A DNA stretch of 64,000 bases from Candidatus Dormiibacterota bacterium (GCA_963709585.1 CAVPXI010000015.1:160001-224000), one strand, 5' to 3'; positions 41,692-53,790 are shown, numbered from the stretch's first letter. Program-made: numbers and translations. The notes: generated from the sequence alone by a model not told the origin.

Positions 41692-42366
41692 GTGGCCACC
41701 CAAACCGCCCGAAGCGCCAAGCCCCGAGCCCCATTGAGCCGGGAGCGGGTACTGCGCGCCGCCCTCTTTCTCGCCGACGACGGCGGGATCGAGTCCCTCA
41801 CCATGCGTCGGCTCGGACAGGAGCTCCAGGTCGAGGCGATGTCCCTCTACAACCACATCGCCGGCAAGGACGACATCCTCGATGGCATCGTGGACCTCGT
41901 TTTCAGCGAGATTGCCCTGCCGCCGGACTCCGGCGACTGGAAGACGGCGATGCGTCAGCGAGCGATCTCTGCACGCAACGCCCTGATGCGCCACCCCTGG
42001 GCGACCAGCCTGATGCAGTCGCGGACCAAACCCGGCCCCGCGACCCTCCGGCACCACGACTCGGTGATCGGCAGCCTTCGGAGGGCGGGATTCACCATCG
42101 ACATGGCCGCCCACGCCTTCTCCGTTATGGACGGCTACATCTACGGCTTTTCACTGCAGCAGGTGAACCTGCCATCCCACACCACGGAGGAGAGTGCAGT
42201 GCTCGCAGAGAGCATTCTCCGTGAGCTGCCCGCTCACGAGTACCCGTATCTGGCGGAGATGATCGTCGAGCACGCGCTCAAGCCCGGCTACGACTACGGT
42301 GAGGAGTTCGAGTTCGGGCTGGATCTGATCCTCGCCGGCCTCGAAGGGCTCCGAAGCGCCGCCTGA
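41692..42366 (+). CDS. TetR-family regulator (TetR_C)
   Basis: LTMRRLG..VEAMSLYNH, EFEFGLDLIL; GGAGG RBS. Confidence 0.93.
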   Translation: MATQTARSAKPRAPLSRERVLRAALFLADDGGIESLTMRRLGQELQVEAMSLYNHIAGKDDILDGIVDLVFSEIALPPDSGDWKTAMRQRAISARNALMRHPWATSLMQSRTKPGPATLRHHDSVIGSLRRAGFTIDMAAHAFSVMDGYIYGFSLQQVNLPSHTTEESAVLAESILRELPAHEYPYLAEMIVEHALKPGYDYGEEFEFGLDLILAGLEGLRSAA

Positions 42367-42474
42367 TGCCGAACGTAGCCATGCACGCGGCCCATATGAA
42401 AGCAGTTGTCCACGAACAGGCACGGCCCCGCGGAGGTACCGCGACCCGACAACGCCGATCGGCCGGTCCTTGCG

Positions 42475-43080
42475 TCAGCTCAATTCGGCGATCAACTCCT
42501 CAGACGTCATCGGCTTGGAGAACATCGGGTAGTCGTACTTGATGGCGTTGTCGTGCTCTTCCACCGAGGTTGCTGCGACGCAATCGCTCAGGGTGATGAC
42601 CTCGTAGCCGTTCTCGTAGCCGCTGCGCATGGTGGACTCAACGCAACAGTTGGTGAGGAACCCACCCAGCACGATCGTCGAGATTCCCTTGCTGCGCAGG
42701 ATGAAGTCCAGGTTCGTGCTCGCGAATGTGTCGAGCCCGCGCTTGCCCTCGATGACGATGTCCCCGTCCTGCGGATCGAGCTCCTCGGTGATCGCCGCTC
42801 CCCAGGTGCCCTTGACGAACGCGTTGCCGTCGACGACTCCTTTGAGGATGCCGTAGGGGTGCGAGCTGATCTCGTTGTACCCCTTCGCAAACATGATCGG
42901 CGCGTGCATGATGGTCGCGCCAGCTGACCGGGCCGCCTCGACCACGCGCTCGGTGTTGGCGAGCATGTCGGTCTTCTCCATCACCGCCTCGACGGCACCG
43001 TGAAGAACGCCACCCTCTGAGGTGAAGTCGTTCTGATACTCGATGAGCACGACAGCAGTCGTGGCCGGGTCGATCGCCAT
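42475..43080 (-). CDS. Isochorismatase-family cysteine hydrolase
   Basis: IEYQNDF, GKRGL, FLTNCCVEST. Confidence 0.9.
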   Translation of the reverse strand: MAIDPATTAVVLIEYQNDFTSEGGVLHGAVEAVMEKTDMLANTERVVEAARSAGATIMHAPIMFAKGYNEISSHPYGILKGVVDGNAFVKGTWGAAITEELDPQDGDIVIEGKRGLDTFASTNLDFILRSKGISTIVLGGFLTNCCVESTMRSGYENGYEVITLSDCVAATSVEEHDNAIKYDYPMFSKPMTSEELIAELS

Positions 43081-43125
43081 CTCGAGATCCTCCTCAAGCC
43101 GGTCCGTCACCGTTTACCCGTCAGG

Positions 43126-45789
43126 CTAGAGTGCCGGAAGCAAGGGCGCAAGCGGCGTGCCACCCCCACCGATGCTGCTTGGACCGTTGTTGGTGACGAT
43201 GTCGAGGTGGGCAAAGATCGTGGCGATGTCCTGCGACCACGGATCGGTGCCGTTGACCGAAGCGGTCTCGAACGGGAATCCCCAGACGGTCTGGAACTCG
43301 CCGGGGGCCACGGGAGCGCCGCTGCCGTCGACGATCGGGAGGATGCTCCCGCTGGGACTGAACTCAGTAACGATGTTGTTGACCGATCGAGTGCCGTTGG
43401 TATTGGCGATGTACGCCCCGTAGTCCTGGAAAGCCGTGGCCAGGATCAGGCCGGCCGGGCTCAGGTTGAGGGTGCTGAGGTCCAATGTCGAAGGCAGAGC
43501 CAGCAGCGCGCCCATCACCAGCTTTGGGTTGCTCCCCGTATAGGTCGTTGAAGCATTCGTATCGCACTTCGTTGTTGCGGGCCAGGTGTGGCAGGTCGTC
43601 GTGCTGCCGAAATAGAGGTTGGCCGCATCGACGTCGATCTGCAGCGCATGCGTGATTGCGCCACCCTTCACGAGCTCGCCGAGCCGGATCGCGCCACCGA
43701 GAGAGGACAGATCGCTGCCGCCATCGACGCCGACCCGCCCATCTCCGTAGAGATCGCCGGGCGTGGGCTCGTCGAACCAAACCGTTCCCGGGCCACCGGC
43801 GATGCAGCGCGCGAACGGCTCACCCTCGATCAAGGTGTGTCCATCGGCTAGGACGGCGGCGATGGGGTTGTTGTGAAGCGACGAGTAAACGATGAAATCC
43901 GCCGCCATGGGAATGGGGGTCCACAGCTTAGGTGTAGCTTGGATGCATCGGTTTGAGACCTGGCCTCCGTTGGTCTCGATCTCGGTGAGGGGTGCCGTCG
44001 GCGTCATCACGATGATGTGCTGATCGCTCACGAGGGTCTTCGTCTGCGCCGGTATCAGGTTGGCCGGCTCGTACTGCGCGCCGGAACCAATCGGCATGTT
44101 CCATATCGATCCGCTCGTGAACGGTTGAAGGAATGGATCGCGGATCACCAATGACGCCGACGCAAGGCTCCCCGAGGCGACCGTTACCGTCTGCGTGGAC
44201 GGCGCGGTGTAGCCGTAGTCGCTCACGCTGAGCGTGTAAGTTCCCGGCGGCAGATTGCCAAAAGTGAAATCTCCGTTGTTGTTAGTAGTTGTCGATCCGC
44301 CACCGACGGTTCCAGCGTAGACCACAGTGGCCCCGATGACTGGTTGCGCGGGAGTGCGGCTGTCCAGGACGGTGCCACTGATGCCGTATGTGAACTGGAA
44401 CCAGCCCTCGATGTCGATGGCCACGTTGACCCTCCCGGCGGCGTTGAACACGTCCACGTCACCGTTGCCGGCGTCGCCGGCCGTGTCCACCTGTACCACC
44501 GCGAGGTTGGGCAGCACTTCGCCGGCCTTCAGGTTGATGTCCGACACCGAATGGCTGGTCTGGCTTGCCGGGTAGAGCGTCAGATAGGTTGCCTGCGTCG
44601 GCGCGATCGCGGTCAGGTTGGCGATCACTGCAACCGCCGGTGTGCTCGCAGTGGTAGCCGGGAGTCCGGCTTTCCCAGCCACCACGACCGTATCGACACC
44701 GAGGGCGTTCAACGTCTGGCCGGTGCAGGGCAGTCCCGATCCCGTCCTCGTGTCGCAGATCCGGGTGGGCGTGATGGCCTGGTATTGAGCACCCTGTGTC
44801 GCCGCAGCACTGCCGAACCATCCGTTCGCGTCAAGGACGACGTTGATCGTGCCGGCTGCGTTGTACACGCACACCGACGTGTCCGCACTGCCCGTCACGG
44901 CAGGACCCAGTTTCACCATCACTCTGTTCGCCTCGACCTCACCGGCGGTGAGGTTGAGCGTCGAAAAAGGCGGCGGATGGGTCGCGTTGTACAAACAGGT
45001 TCCGCTCGAGGTGGTCGGAAACACGCTCAAGAAGGTCGGCTTGGTCCCTGCCACACCGGTCAGGTTCAGAACCGCCGCATCTGCAGGCCCGGAGATGACA
45101 TCGCCTCCGGTCCCGGCCACATCGACAATCAGCGGTGTCGCACCCACTGCGCCAGCCTTGCATCCAGGCGACGGCGGGTTGCTGCGCGTGTCGCAGACGC
45201 GGACTGGCGCGATCGCATGGAACTCTCCGGTCATGTCCGTCGGAGCCTTGGGCTCGAAGTACCCCTCCACGTCCGCAACCACATTGACCGTTCCCAGCGC
45301 ATTGTAGATGTTCACCGCACCACCCGCACCCATGGTCGCAGTGACCAGGTTGGGGATGACAGTGCCTGGCCCGAAGTTCAGGTTCGAGACGTGCGGCATC
45401 GGGGCGCCATATGGAAAGACCGTCAGCAGGCTTGGCGCCGTCCCCGCCACCTCAGTCACGTTGAGCACCACGGCCGTTGCATCTGCGGGAATCGGGTCGC
45501 CGACCTTCAGCCCGGTCACGCCGGTGAGCTGTAGTTTCCGGACCACTCCTGGTCCGAGCGCTAGAGCGCCGCACTGGACGCAAGTTCCCGCCCTCGTGTC
45601 CAGGATCCGGAACGGGTCGAGCGGAACATAGTTGGCCAGATTCGGCGCGCTGGCAATGCGCGGCGTGACGGCGTGGGACGAGGCCACAGCCGAGGTTGGT
45701 GCGACGACCCACCCCACCGAACCAACGGCAATGCCAATGAGTTCGATCCCCTTCCAGCCCCTCATCGGTCGAAGTGTACTGCCGGACAT
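43126..45789 (-). CDS. Large secreted multidomain protein (three PxRxxDTR repeats, carboxypeptidase-regulatory-like domain, unknown C-terminal domain)
   Basis: Signal-like N-terminus; repeats ending DVEGYF/DANGWF/DIEGWF; GTYTLSVS. Confidence 0.8.
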   Translation of the reverse strand: MSGSTLRPMRGWKGIELIGIAVGSVGWVVAPTSAVASSHAVTPRIASAPNLANYVPLDPFRILDTRAGTCVQCGALALGPGVVRKLQLTGVTGLKVGDPIPADATAVVLNVTEVAGTAPSLLTVFPYGAPMPHVSNLNFGPGTVIPNLVTATMGAGGAVNIYNALGTVNVVADVEGYFEPKAPTDMTGEFHAIAPVRVCDTRSNPPSPGCKAGAVGATPLIVDVAGTGGDVISGPADAAVLNLTGVAGTKPTFLSVFPTTSSGTCLYNATHPPPFSTLNLTAGEVEANRVMVKLGPAVTGSADTSVCVYNAAGTINVVLDANGWFGSAAATQGAQYQAITPTRICDTRTGSGLPCTGQTLNALGVDTVVVAGKAGLPATTASTPAVAVIANLTAIAPTQATYLTLYPASQTSHSVSDINLKAGEVLPNLAVVQVDTAGDAGNGDVDVFNAAGRVNVAIDIEGWFQFTYGISGTVLDSRTPAQPVIGATVVYAGTVGGGSTTTNNNGDFTFGNLPPGTYTLSVSDYGYTAPSTQTVTVASGSLASASLVIRDPFLQPFTSGSIWNMPIGSGAQYEPANLIPAQTKTLVSDQHIIVMTPTAPLTEIETNGGQVSNRCIQATPKLWTPIPMAADFIVYSSLHNNPIAAVLADGHTLIEGEPFARCIAGGPGTVWFDEPTPGDLYGDGRVGVDGGSDLSSLGGAIRLGELVKGGAITHALQIDVDAANLYFGSTTTCHTWPATTKCDTNASTTYTGSNPKLVMGALLALPSTLDLSTLNLSPAGLILATAFQDYGAYIANTNGTRSVNNIVTEFSPSGSILPIVDGSGAPVAPGEFQTVWGFPFETASVNGTDPWSQDIATIFAHLDIVTNNGPSSIGGGGTPLAPLLPAL

Positions 45790-45997
45790 GCCGGGCCGTC
45801 GCGACGATCGCTGCTCGAGGCATCGGCCCCGAAACCGCGGTGACCCCGGTCACCAGTCTGTGAGGATCCGCACCCTTCCTTTCAATTCCGTAACTCGACT
45901 CGCCGGATTGTCGGCGAGGTGACCGATAGGCTGGATCCACGGCCATGCGGCGGCTTGTTGCTACCGCGAGGATCACATCAGGCAGTGCTCACCAGGG

Positions 45998-48395
45998 TTG
46001 CATGTGCTGCTGGAGGGCTCAGCCTTGCGCCGACTCGCCTCGCGCACTCGGATCGAGGGAACGGGCGTGCCCCGAAGCGTTCGCGTCCTTCAGGGCGTGA
46101 CCGGCGCGATAGTGCTGGTGTATCTGGCATCGACCATTCTCCGTTCGCCCGGGACTTACAGCACCTTTTATGACGTCTGGGTCGCCAACCTTGGATATGC
46201 CGGCTGCACGGCGCTGTGCATATGGCGCGCGATTGCCCGACGCTCAGCTCGCTGGGGATGGGGGGCACTCGCGGCTGGCCTCCTCCTCTTTACCGCGGGA
46301 TCCGTGCTGTGGACCAGCTGGGTTCAATTCTTCAACCCTGTCCCGTACCCCTCGATAGCGGACGCCTGTTTCCTGGCCTTCTTTTTCTTGGCGTTCCTCG
46401 GGATCGGCCTGCTGGTGCGCGAGACGCTCCCCAAGACATCGAGAACCATCTGGGTGGACGCCCTGATCGCCGCACTCGGTGTCGCGGCCCTGGAGGCCAT
46501 GCTCGTCATCGGCCCGATCTGGAAGGCCAGCTCAGGGGACTTCGGAACTGTCGCGACGAACATCGCATATCCGATCGGCGACCTCGTCCTGGTCACCATG
46601 ATCGTCGCGGTCTTCGCGGTACGAGGCTGGCGTCCCGGCCTCCTCTGGTGGACGTTGGGGATAGGCCTCGTGATCTTCGCCGCGGCCGACAGCGTCTACG
46701 TCCTGCGGGTGACCGAGGGTACCTATGTGACGGGGACGCCGCTGGACAGCCTGTGGCTGATCGGCGCGTTTTTCATGGTGATTGCTGCGTGGCAGGGTCT
46801 GAGCTCCCAGATCAAACATTCCCCGAAGATTCAGGCGTCGAACATCGTTCCGGTGCTGTTCGTCTTGAGTTCGCTCGGCATCGTGGTGTATGCGACTGCA
46901 TTTCCGGGGCAGTTCTTCCTGGGAGTCGCTCTCGCCACCACAACGCTCGTCATCGCCCTCGCTCGTTCCGCGTATGCGTTTCGACAGTTGCGGGCCCTCG
47001 CGGACAGCAAGCGCGAGGCGCGTACAGACGAGCTCACGGGTTTGCCAAACCGCAGGCTGTTTTTCGAGCGGCTTCTCGTGTGCTTCGAGCCAAGCCCGAC
47101 GCCGCACCGCCTGGCCGTGCTCATGATCGACCTCGATCGCTTCAAGGAGATCAACGACAGCCTCGGACACCATGTCGGGGATGACGTGTTGCGCGAGCTC
47201 GGCCCCCGCCTCACCGCCGCAGCGGGGAGCACGGGAACGGTCGCGCGGCTCGGCGGAGACGAGTTCGGGTTGGTGCTGTCACCACTCGTCGATATGAACG
47301 AGGCAACCGAGATGGCGGAACGTGTGCGCGAGGTTCTGCGCGCGCCGTTTGAGCTCGAGGGCATGAGTTTTCGAGTTCGACGCCAGCATCGGGATTGCGC
47401 TCGCGCCTGACCACGGCACGACTCCCGAGACCGTGCTGCAGAAAGCCGATGTGGCGATGTTCGCCGCCAAACGCGCGCATGCCCCGTGGCAGATCTATTC
47501 GTCGGACCACGACCAGAACGCGCTGGATCGGCTCGAGCTGATGGAAGACCTGCGCGACGCCATCCATCACGGGGAGATCGTCCCGTTCTACCAGCCGATC
47601 CTCGACCTGCGCACGGGCAGTGTCATGGGTGCCGAGGCCCTGGCTCGCTGGCTACACCCGTCACGCGGAATCCTTGCGCCGGCGGCGTTCCTGAACCTGG
47701 TGTCGGACGCCGGCTTGATGGGCCCCTTCACAATGGCGATGTTGGATCAGGCGTTCGTCCAGCAGGCGAGATGGTCCAAACAGGGATACGACCTTGGCGT
47801 CTCGGTCAACATATCGGCCGCAAGTCTGCGCGACGAAGAGCTGCCCGAAAAAATTGCCACGCTCATGTCGACGCGCGGCGTCCATCCGGCGAGGGTCACG
47901 CTGGAGATCACCGAGGACTGCTTCATCGCCAACCCCGAGGAGGCCGTGCTCGTACTCGAGCGGCTGCGCGATCTGGGCGCGAAACTCTCGATCGACGATT
48001 TCGGCACCGGCTTCTCGTCACTGACGTACATGCGCCGGCTTCCGGTCAGTGAACTGAAGCTCGATCGAACGTTTCTCAGCGGCGCGCCTCGGGACGAGCG
48101 CGCTGTGTCGGTCATCCGCTCCACGGTCGACCTGGCGCACTCGCTCGGCCTGCGCATCGTCGCCGAGGGGATAGAAAACCTCGATGCCCTGGCGCTGGTG
48201 GACGACCTGGGCTGCGACGCCGCGCAGGGGTACCTCATGGGCCGACCAGTGCCCGCCGAGGAATTCGACCTCGGACCCGTCGCCGTGCAGCAACCTCGAG
48301 TAGGGAAACATCTGAAACCGTTGGTCGGGACGCCGCGCCGTCGATCGACAGGTCAACCGAACTACCCGGCGAGGACCCTCACCCGAACAGGCTGA
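45998..48395 (+). CDS. Membrane GGDEF-EAL protein (apparent +1 frameshift at ~47376)
   Basis: Multiple TMs, GGDEF, EAL, DDFGTG; removing one T from GAGTTC restores VDASIGIA. Confidence 0.85.
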
Positions 48396-49455
48396 CGATG
48401 CCTGGCGCGGTCGAGGCGCCGCCGATCAGGCCGAGCCCGTAGGATTCCTCGATCGCGCGCAGGACCGCGTAGTGGTTGATCGACGTGGTCACTCCACCCT
48501 TGCCGCTGGCGGCGTTGGAGATCACGACGGTGGGGACCTGGTTGCTGCCCCCGGAGTCGCCCTCGTCCATCGTGACGATCACGGTGCTCTTGAACTTCGT
48601 GAACCAAGGCGACGCCAGGATGGGGGCGAGGTTGGCGCTGAGCCACGCATCGCCCTGCTGGACCGTGCCGTCGTGCATGTCGTCGTTTAGATTCGGCGTG
48701 ATCCACGCGAAGTCGGGCGGGTTCGCGCCGTCGAGGGTTGACACCGCCGCCGACACGCCGGGATAGGGCTGAATATGGCACGTCCCGGTCACGTTGTCCT
48801 TGAAGATGACGAACGGGTTGTGCTTCAGTACGTATCCACCCGAACCGGTCCCGGTGTAGCAGGGACTTGGCATCGACTCCATCCACCCCACCCACGGCGT
48901 CGCGGAGGCCGTGAGCTGACCCCCGAGGTTGGTGTTGCCATATGCCCCCGCGCCGACGCAGTTGTCTGCGGTGCAACCAAGCGTCGAGCCAGCCGCGAAT
49001 GCCGTGTAGTTCGGCTGGCTCGGATGCGACACGCCGTGGCTGTTCGTGAAGCTCGCGTATCTGGCAGCCAGCGAGCAGAAGTACGGGTCGGCGGAGCACG
49101 TTCCCAGGGTCGCCCCATAGCCCTTGTTCTCCAGCATGATGACCAGCACATGCGGGCGAGCCGAGGCTGGAGCCTTGTGGTGAGTTGGGGCAGTCGGCCG
49201 CGGGGTGCGTCGAGCCGCCACAGGCGTGGGAGTGGGCGTTGCCGTCGGTGACGGTGTCGGGGCGACGGTGGACGTCGAGGTGGTCGTCGGCGCGGGCGTC
49301 GGAGTCGCTCTGGTGGTTCGGGCACTGGGTCCGCCGCAGGCAGCAAGCAACCACCCAATTACGAGCGGCGTCAGTAGCTTGCTCGTCTTGGCAGCCCGCC
49401 GCCTCCTCTCGCGGCGCATGGCCATCGGTGGCACTGGATTAGAGACCCTCCGCAT
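48379..49455 (-). CDS. Phosphoesterase/acid phosphatase-family lipoprotein
   Basis: LAAC lipobox, IMLEN, HPSQPNY, KHNPF, DMHDG, NHY; start uncertain. Confidence 0.85.
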   Translation of the reverse strand: MRRVSNPVPPMAMRRERRRRAAKTSKLLTPLVIGWLLAACGGPSARTTRATPTPAPTTTSTSTVAPTPSPTATPTPTPVAARRTPRPTAPTHHKAPASARPHVLVIMLENKGYGATLGTCSADPYFCSLAARYASFTNSHGVSHPSQPNYTAFAAGSTLGCTADNCVGAGAYGNTNLGGQLTASATPWVGWMESMPSPCYTGTGSGGYVLKHNPFVIFKDNVTGTCHIQPYPGVSAAVSTLDGANPPDFAWITPNLNDDMHDGTVQQGDAWLSANLAPILASPWFTKFKSTVIVTMDEGDSGGSNQVPTVVISNAASGKGGVTTSINHYAVLRAIEESYGLGLIGGASTAPGIVSLFG

Positions 49456-49726
49456 GGCACCGAGTCCCGATGGGCGACCCGTGACATCGGACGCAGAGTA
49501 GCGGTTCAGCCTTGCGGAACGGTGAAGGTCGCGCTCCTGAAGAGTCACCGGCGTGGACCCCATAACAAGCATCGGGTGCTGGGCCGAGACGCCGCCACTC
49601 GGACCCGGCCTTCGGCGAGGCCACCCCAGCCGTCACCTTGGGACCGTTGCACAGTCTGACGCGTTTTGCTTACGATAGCTACCGAACAGCTGCACGACCC
49701 TGATCACGGCGTGCCTCACCCTCGCG

Positions 49727-50023
49727 GTGCTGGTTCCGGCGACTGGGACTGCCAAATACACGATCGTCGAAGTGGTGGAACCGGTCGGTTTCGTGAACTG
49801 CATCGAGAACTTCAACCACGACAACCCTGTCAGCCAGTGCTCGAAGCAATGGGGGACGGTGACCGTCGATTCCAGCGGGGCGCTGAAGGTCACGTTCACG
49901 TCGGTGAGCCTCACCGGCCAAACCCTGACCCTGCCCACCGACGACACCAATACCGGGAACGCGTTTTGGCTCGGAACCCAGGCTGATCCCGCGCTCTTCT
50001 ACGACGACAGTCAGAGGGGCTAG
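49727..50023 (+). CDS. Hypothetical protein or fragment
   Basis: Coding-like beta-rich ORF, no clear start. Confidence 0.35.
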   Translation: MLVPATGTAKYTIVEVVEPVGFVNCIENFNHDNPVSQCSKQWGTVTVDSSGALKVTFTSVSLTGQTLTLPTDDTNTGNAFWLGTQADPALFYDDSQRG

Positions 50024-50042
50024 CTCGCTGACGGAACTCTGA

Positions 50043-50073
50043 AGAGGCCGTGCCACCCGCGGCACCGGCCTCT
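50043..50073. terminator. Hairpin downstream of secA
   Basis: AGAGGCCGTGCC-N6-GGCACCGGCCTCT. Confidence 0.55.
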
Positions 50074-50097
50074 CCGTCTGCCCGCGCTTATGGCGCG

Positions 50098-53061
50098 TCA
50101 GCGCCCGTGGCAGTACTTGTACTTCTTGCCGGACCCGCAGGGACACGCCTGGTTGCGCCCGACCTTGCCCTGCGGCGCCCCGTTCGCGCCGCCGCTTGCA
50201 CCGGCGCCGTTGCCGTTGCCGTCCGCGCGGCGCGTGCCCGAGGCTGACGACTCGACGAGGTTGCGCACGATCGGTTTGGCGATGAGTGGCGCCGACACGC
50301 GTGGCCCGGTCGCCCGCGCCAGCGCACCGCTTGCGAGCGCGGCCGCGGGCCGCGCCGGCGGCACCTGCGCTCCATCGGTCGCGCCGCCAGGTCGGTCGGC
50401 GCGAGGCGACGGCGGCGCGGTCGCCCCGGCGGCGCCGGCAGTCGGGGCTGGGATCGCCGCCGCCGTCTCCGGGTCCGCCGCGTCCGCGCCAGGACTGGCT
50501 TCGTTGGGATCGACGCGACGGATCTGCACGTTGAGCAGCGCGCGCACGATCTCGCGCTGGATGTCCTCGGTCAGATCCTGGAACGCCGTGAAGGCCGCCG
50601 CCTTGTACTCCACCAGCGGATCCATCTGACCGTACGCCTGGAAGCCCATCCCCTCGCGGAGATGATCCATCTGGGTCAGGTACATGAGCCATCGAGAATC
50701 GATCACCTGGAGCATCACGCTCTGCTCGACCTCGCGGAGCAACTCAGTGCCGTATTCCTGCTCCTTCTCCTCGTACAGGCCGATCAGCTCGCCGCTGAGC
50801 GTCTCCGAAACCTCCTCGACGGAGTCACCCAGGCTGTCCGTGCTGACTTCCGACAACTGCGGCAGCCCCGCGGCGAACTGGCGCATCTGCGTCCAGAGCC
50901 CCTCGAAGTCCCAGGCCTCGCGGTGCCGTCCTTCGCAGTATGTCGGCACCTCGGTCGCGACCACGTGCTCCACCATCGAGATGAAGTTCGAACGCGTGTC
51001 GGTTCCCTCGAGGATCTTGCGGCGTTCGCCGTAGATGATCTCGCGCTGCTTGTTCATGACGTCGTCGTACTCGACGACGTGACGGCGGCTGTCGAAGTTC
51101 TGTCCCTCGACCCGCGCCTGCGCCCCTTCGATCTGCCGCGACACCATCTTCGACTCGAGCGGCGTGTCCTCGTCCACGCCGAGCTTGCCCATGACGCCCT
51201 GCATGCGCTCACCACCGAAGACGCGCATCAGGTCGTCCTCGAAGGACAGGAAGAATCGTGACTTACCCGGGTCGCCCTGGCGGCCCGCACGACCGCGGAG
51301 CTGGTTGTCGATGCGCCGCGATTCGTGACGCTCGGTGCCGATGATGTACAGGCCGCCGGCATCGGCGACACCATCACCGAGCACGATGTCGGTGCCACGC
51401 CCGGCCATGTTGGTCGCGATGGTGACGCTGCTGCGCTGACCCGCGTTGGCGATGACGTCGGCCTCTTTCTCGTGCAGCTTGGCGTTGAGGACGGAGTGCT
51501 GAACGCCGATCTTGTCGAGCATGCGGCTCAATCGCTCGCTCTTCTCGATGCTCGTCGTGCCGACGAGGATGGGCTGTCCCTTCTTGTACCGGTCGGCGAT
51601 CTCCTCGACCACCGCCCGGTATTTGCCCTCCTCACCTTTGTAGATCAGGTCGGGCTCGTCCAGACGCACCATCGGCCGGTGCGTCGGGATAGGGACCACC
51701 TCGAGCTTGTAGATCTTGTGGAACTCCTCGGCCTCGGTGAGCGCGGTGCCGGTCATGCCCGCAAGCTTGTCGTAGAGGCGGAAGAAGTTCTGGAACGTGA
51801 TCGTCGCGAGGGTGACCGTCTCCTGCTGGACGGTCACGCCCTCCTTGGCTTCGATCGCCTGGTGGAGGCCGTCCGACCAACGCCGTCCCGGCATGGTTCG
51901 CCCGGTGAACTCGTCGACGATGATCACCTCGCCGTCGCGCACGATGTAGTCGCGATCGCGGAGCCACAACGCGTGTGCGCGGAGCGCCTGGTTGATCTGG
52001 TGCGCCTCCGCGGCGTGCTCCATCTCGTAGACGTTGGAGATTCCCGTCCACTTCTCGATCTTGTCGACGCCCTCCTCGGTGAGCGTCGCCGACTTGGTCT
52101 TCTCGTCGATCGTGTAGTCGTCTTCGGCCACGAGCCGCGGGATCAAGCGTGCGTACGTGTAGAACTTGTCGGTTGCCTCGCTGGCCTGACCGCTGATGAT
52201 CAGCGGCGTGCGCGCCTCGTCGATGAGGATCGAGTTGACCTCGTCGACGATCGCGTAGCGCAGTCGCCGCTGCACGCACCGATCGAGCTTCTGGGCCATG
52301 TTGTCGCGCAGGTAGTCGAAGCCGAGCTCATTGTTGGTCGAGTACGTGATGTCCGCGGCGTATGCCTCGCGCCGCGTGCACGGGCGCAGATGCTGCAGAC
52401 GCGGATCCGGATGGGTGTCGTCGACGAACTCCGGGTCGTAGATGAAGGACAGGTCCTGTCCGGCGATGACCCCGACCGACATCCCGAGGAAGTGGTAGAG
52501 CGATGCGTTCCAGCCGGCGTCGCGTCGTGCCAGGTAGTCGTTGACGGTCACGAGGTGCGCCCCGCGTCCCTCGAGGGCATTCAGGTACAGCGCCAGGGTC
52601 GCGACCAGCGTCTTGCCTTCGCCGGTCTTCATCTCGGCGATGCGTCCCTGGTGGAGCACGATGCCGCCGATGAGTTGCACATCGAAGTGGCGCATGCCGA
52701 GGCTGCGCTTCGACGCCTCGCGGACCACCGCGAACGCCTCGGGCAGGAGGTCGTCGAGTGCCTGGCGACGTCCCGCCTCGCGCTCCTGCTCCTCGGCCCG
52801 CTCCATGGCCATGTCCTCGGTCTCCTCACCGAGGCCGGCCACGAACGACTGGCCGTGGGTCATGTCGACTCCCTCGACGCCGAGGCGCTCCCGGAACTCG
52901 CGGGTCTTGTCGCGAAGCTCCGCGTCGGTGAGCGCGGACATCTCCGCTTCGAGTTCGTTGATGAGGTCCACGACCCCCTGATAGCGCTTGATCTCGCGCT
53001 TGACGGGGTCACCCAGGACCTTGCTGATCGGCTTTCCAAAGAGAGGCATATTCTTCTTCAT
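50098..53061 (-). CDS. secA: Preprotein translocase SecA
   Basis: [45 protein letters not shown]; DEVD reads DEVN. Confidence 0.98.
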   Translation of the reverse strand: MKKNMPLFGKPISKVLGDPVKREIKRYQGVVDLINELEAEMSALTDAELRDKTREFRERLGVEGVDMTHGQSFVAGLGEETEDMAMERAEEQEREAGRRQALDDLLPEAFAVVREASKRSLGMRHFDVQLIGGIVLHQGRIAEMKTGEGKTLVATLALYLNALEGRGAHLVTVNDYLARRDAGWNASLYHFLGMSVGVIAGQDLSFIYDPEFVDDTHPDPRLQHLRPCTRREAYAADITYSTNNELGFDYLRDNMAQKLDRCVQRRLRYAIVDEVNSILIDEARTPLIISGQASEATDKFYTYARLIPRLVAEDDYTIDEKTKSATLTEEGVDKIEKWTGISNVYEMEHAAEAHQINQALRAHALWLRDRDYIVRDGEVIIVDEFTGRTMPGRRWSDGLHQAIEAKEGVTVQQETVTLATITFQNFFRLYDKLAGMTGTALTEAEEFHKIYKLEVVPIPTHRPMVRLDEPDLIYKGEEGKYRAVVEEIADRYKKGQPILVGTTSIEKSERLSRMLDKIGVQHSVLNAKLHEKEADVIANAGQRSSVTIATNMAGRGTDIVLGDGVADAGGLYIIGTERHESRRIDNQLRGRAGRQGDPGKSRFFLSFEDDLMRVFGGERMQGVMGKLGVDEDTPLESKMVSRQIEGAQARVEGQNFDSRRHVVEYDDVMNKQREIIYGERRKILEGTDTRSNFISMVEHVVATEVPTYCEGRHREAWDFEGLWTQMRQFAAGLPQLSEVSTDSLGDSVEEVSETLSGELIGLYEEKEQEYGTELLREVEQSVMLQVIDSRWLMYLTQMDHLREGMGFQAYGQMDPLVEYKAAAFTAFQDLTEDIQREIVRALLNVQIRRVDPNEASPGADAADPETAAAIPAPTAGAAGATAPPSPRADRPGGATDGAQVPPARPAAALASGALARATGPRVSAPLIAKPIVRNLVESSASGTRRADGNGNGAGASGGANGAPQGKVGRNQACPCGSGKKYKYCHGR

Positions 53062-53079
53062 TCTGGCAGCCCTCGCCGT

Positions 53080-53718
53080 TCACGGCACCGCGGCCACCAC
53101 CACGACGTCGATGAGCGAAGCCCCCGCCTGGCTGAGCACCGATGCCGCGGCCTCCACGGTGGCGCCGGTGGTGAGCACGTCGTCGACAAGCCAGAGGTAC
53201 TCTCCGTCCAGGGCGCTGCCGGTCCACCCGAAGGCACCCGCCACGTTTTTGCGGCGTGTCGCCTCATCGCGGGCGCTCTGCGGCGGGGTGTCGCGGATCC
53301 GCTCGAGGTCATCAAATACGAGGACATCCCGGGCGTCGGCGATGACCGCGGCGAGGATCTCGGATTGGTTGTAGCCGCGTTGTCTGCGCCGGCGAGGGCC
53401 GAGCGGAACCGCGACGACAGCGTCGGGCGTGAAGAGCCGGGGTCCCTGGAGGCGGCTCGAGGTCATGGCCGCAAGTTCGCGCAGCGCCCGACGATCGCCG
53501 GCGTACTTGCCCCGGTGAAGCGCGGCCCGGATCGGCTCGACGAATTCGAAGCCGGCGAACGCGCTGCCATGGCGCATCCGGCGTACCGCCGGGATCGGCA
53601 TCGCGCGCATGCCCGCTGCGCAGTGTGGGCAGATCGGCGGCTCCGACACGGCCTCGCAACCCGCGCACCGTCGCGGGGCGACCGCGTCGAGGAGCAGCCT
53701 CGCGAGCGCTGCAAGCAT
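53080..53718 (-). CDS. comF: ComF-family phosphoribosyltransferase
   Basis: CAGC..CPHC, RGYNQS, LVDDVLTTGAT. Confidence 0.9.
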   Translation of the reverse strand: MLAALARLLLDAVAPRRCAGCEAVSEPPICPHCAAGMRAMPIPAVRRMRHGSAFAGFEFVEPIRAALHRGKYAGDRRALRELAAMTSSRLQGPRLFTPDAVVAVPLGPRRRRQRGYNQSEILAAVIADARDVLVFDDLERIRDTPPQSARDEATRRKNVAGAFGWTGSALDGEYLWLVDDVLTTGATVEAAASVLSQAGASLIDVVVVAAVP

Positions 53719-53790
53719 GCACGCAGGTATGCGCCCTTCCAGGAGACGCGGCCGGGACAACGCATGTGCAGGCGCTGCCGCGGCCTGGGT

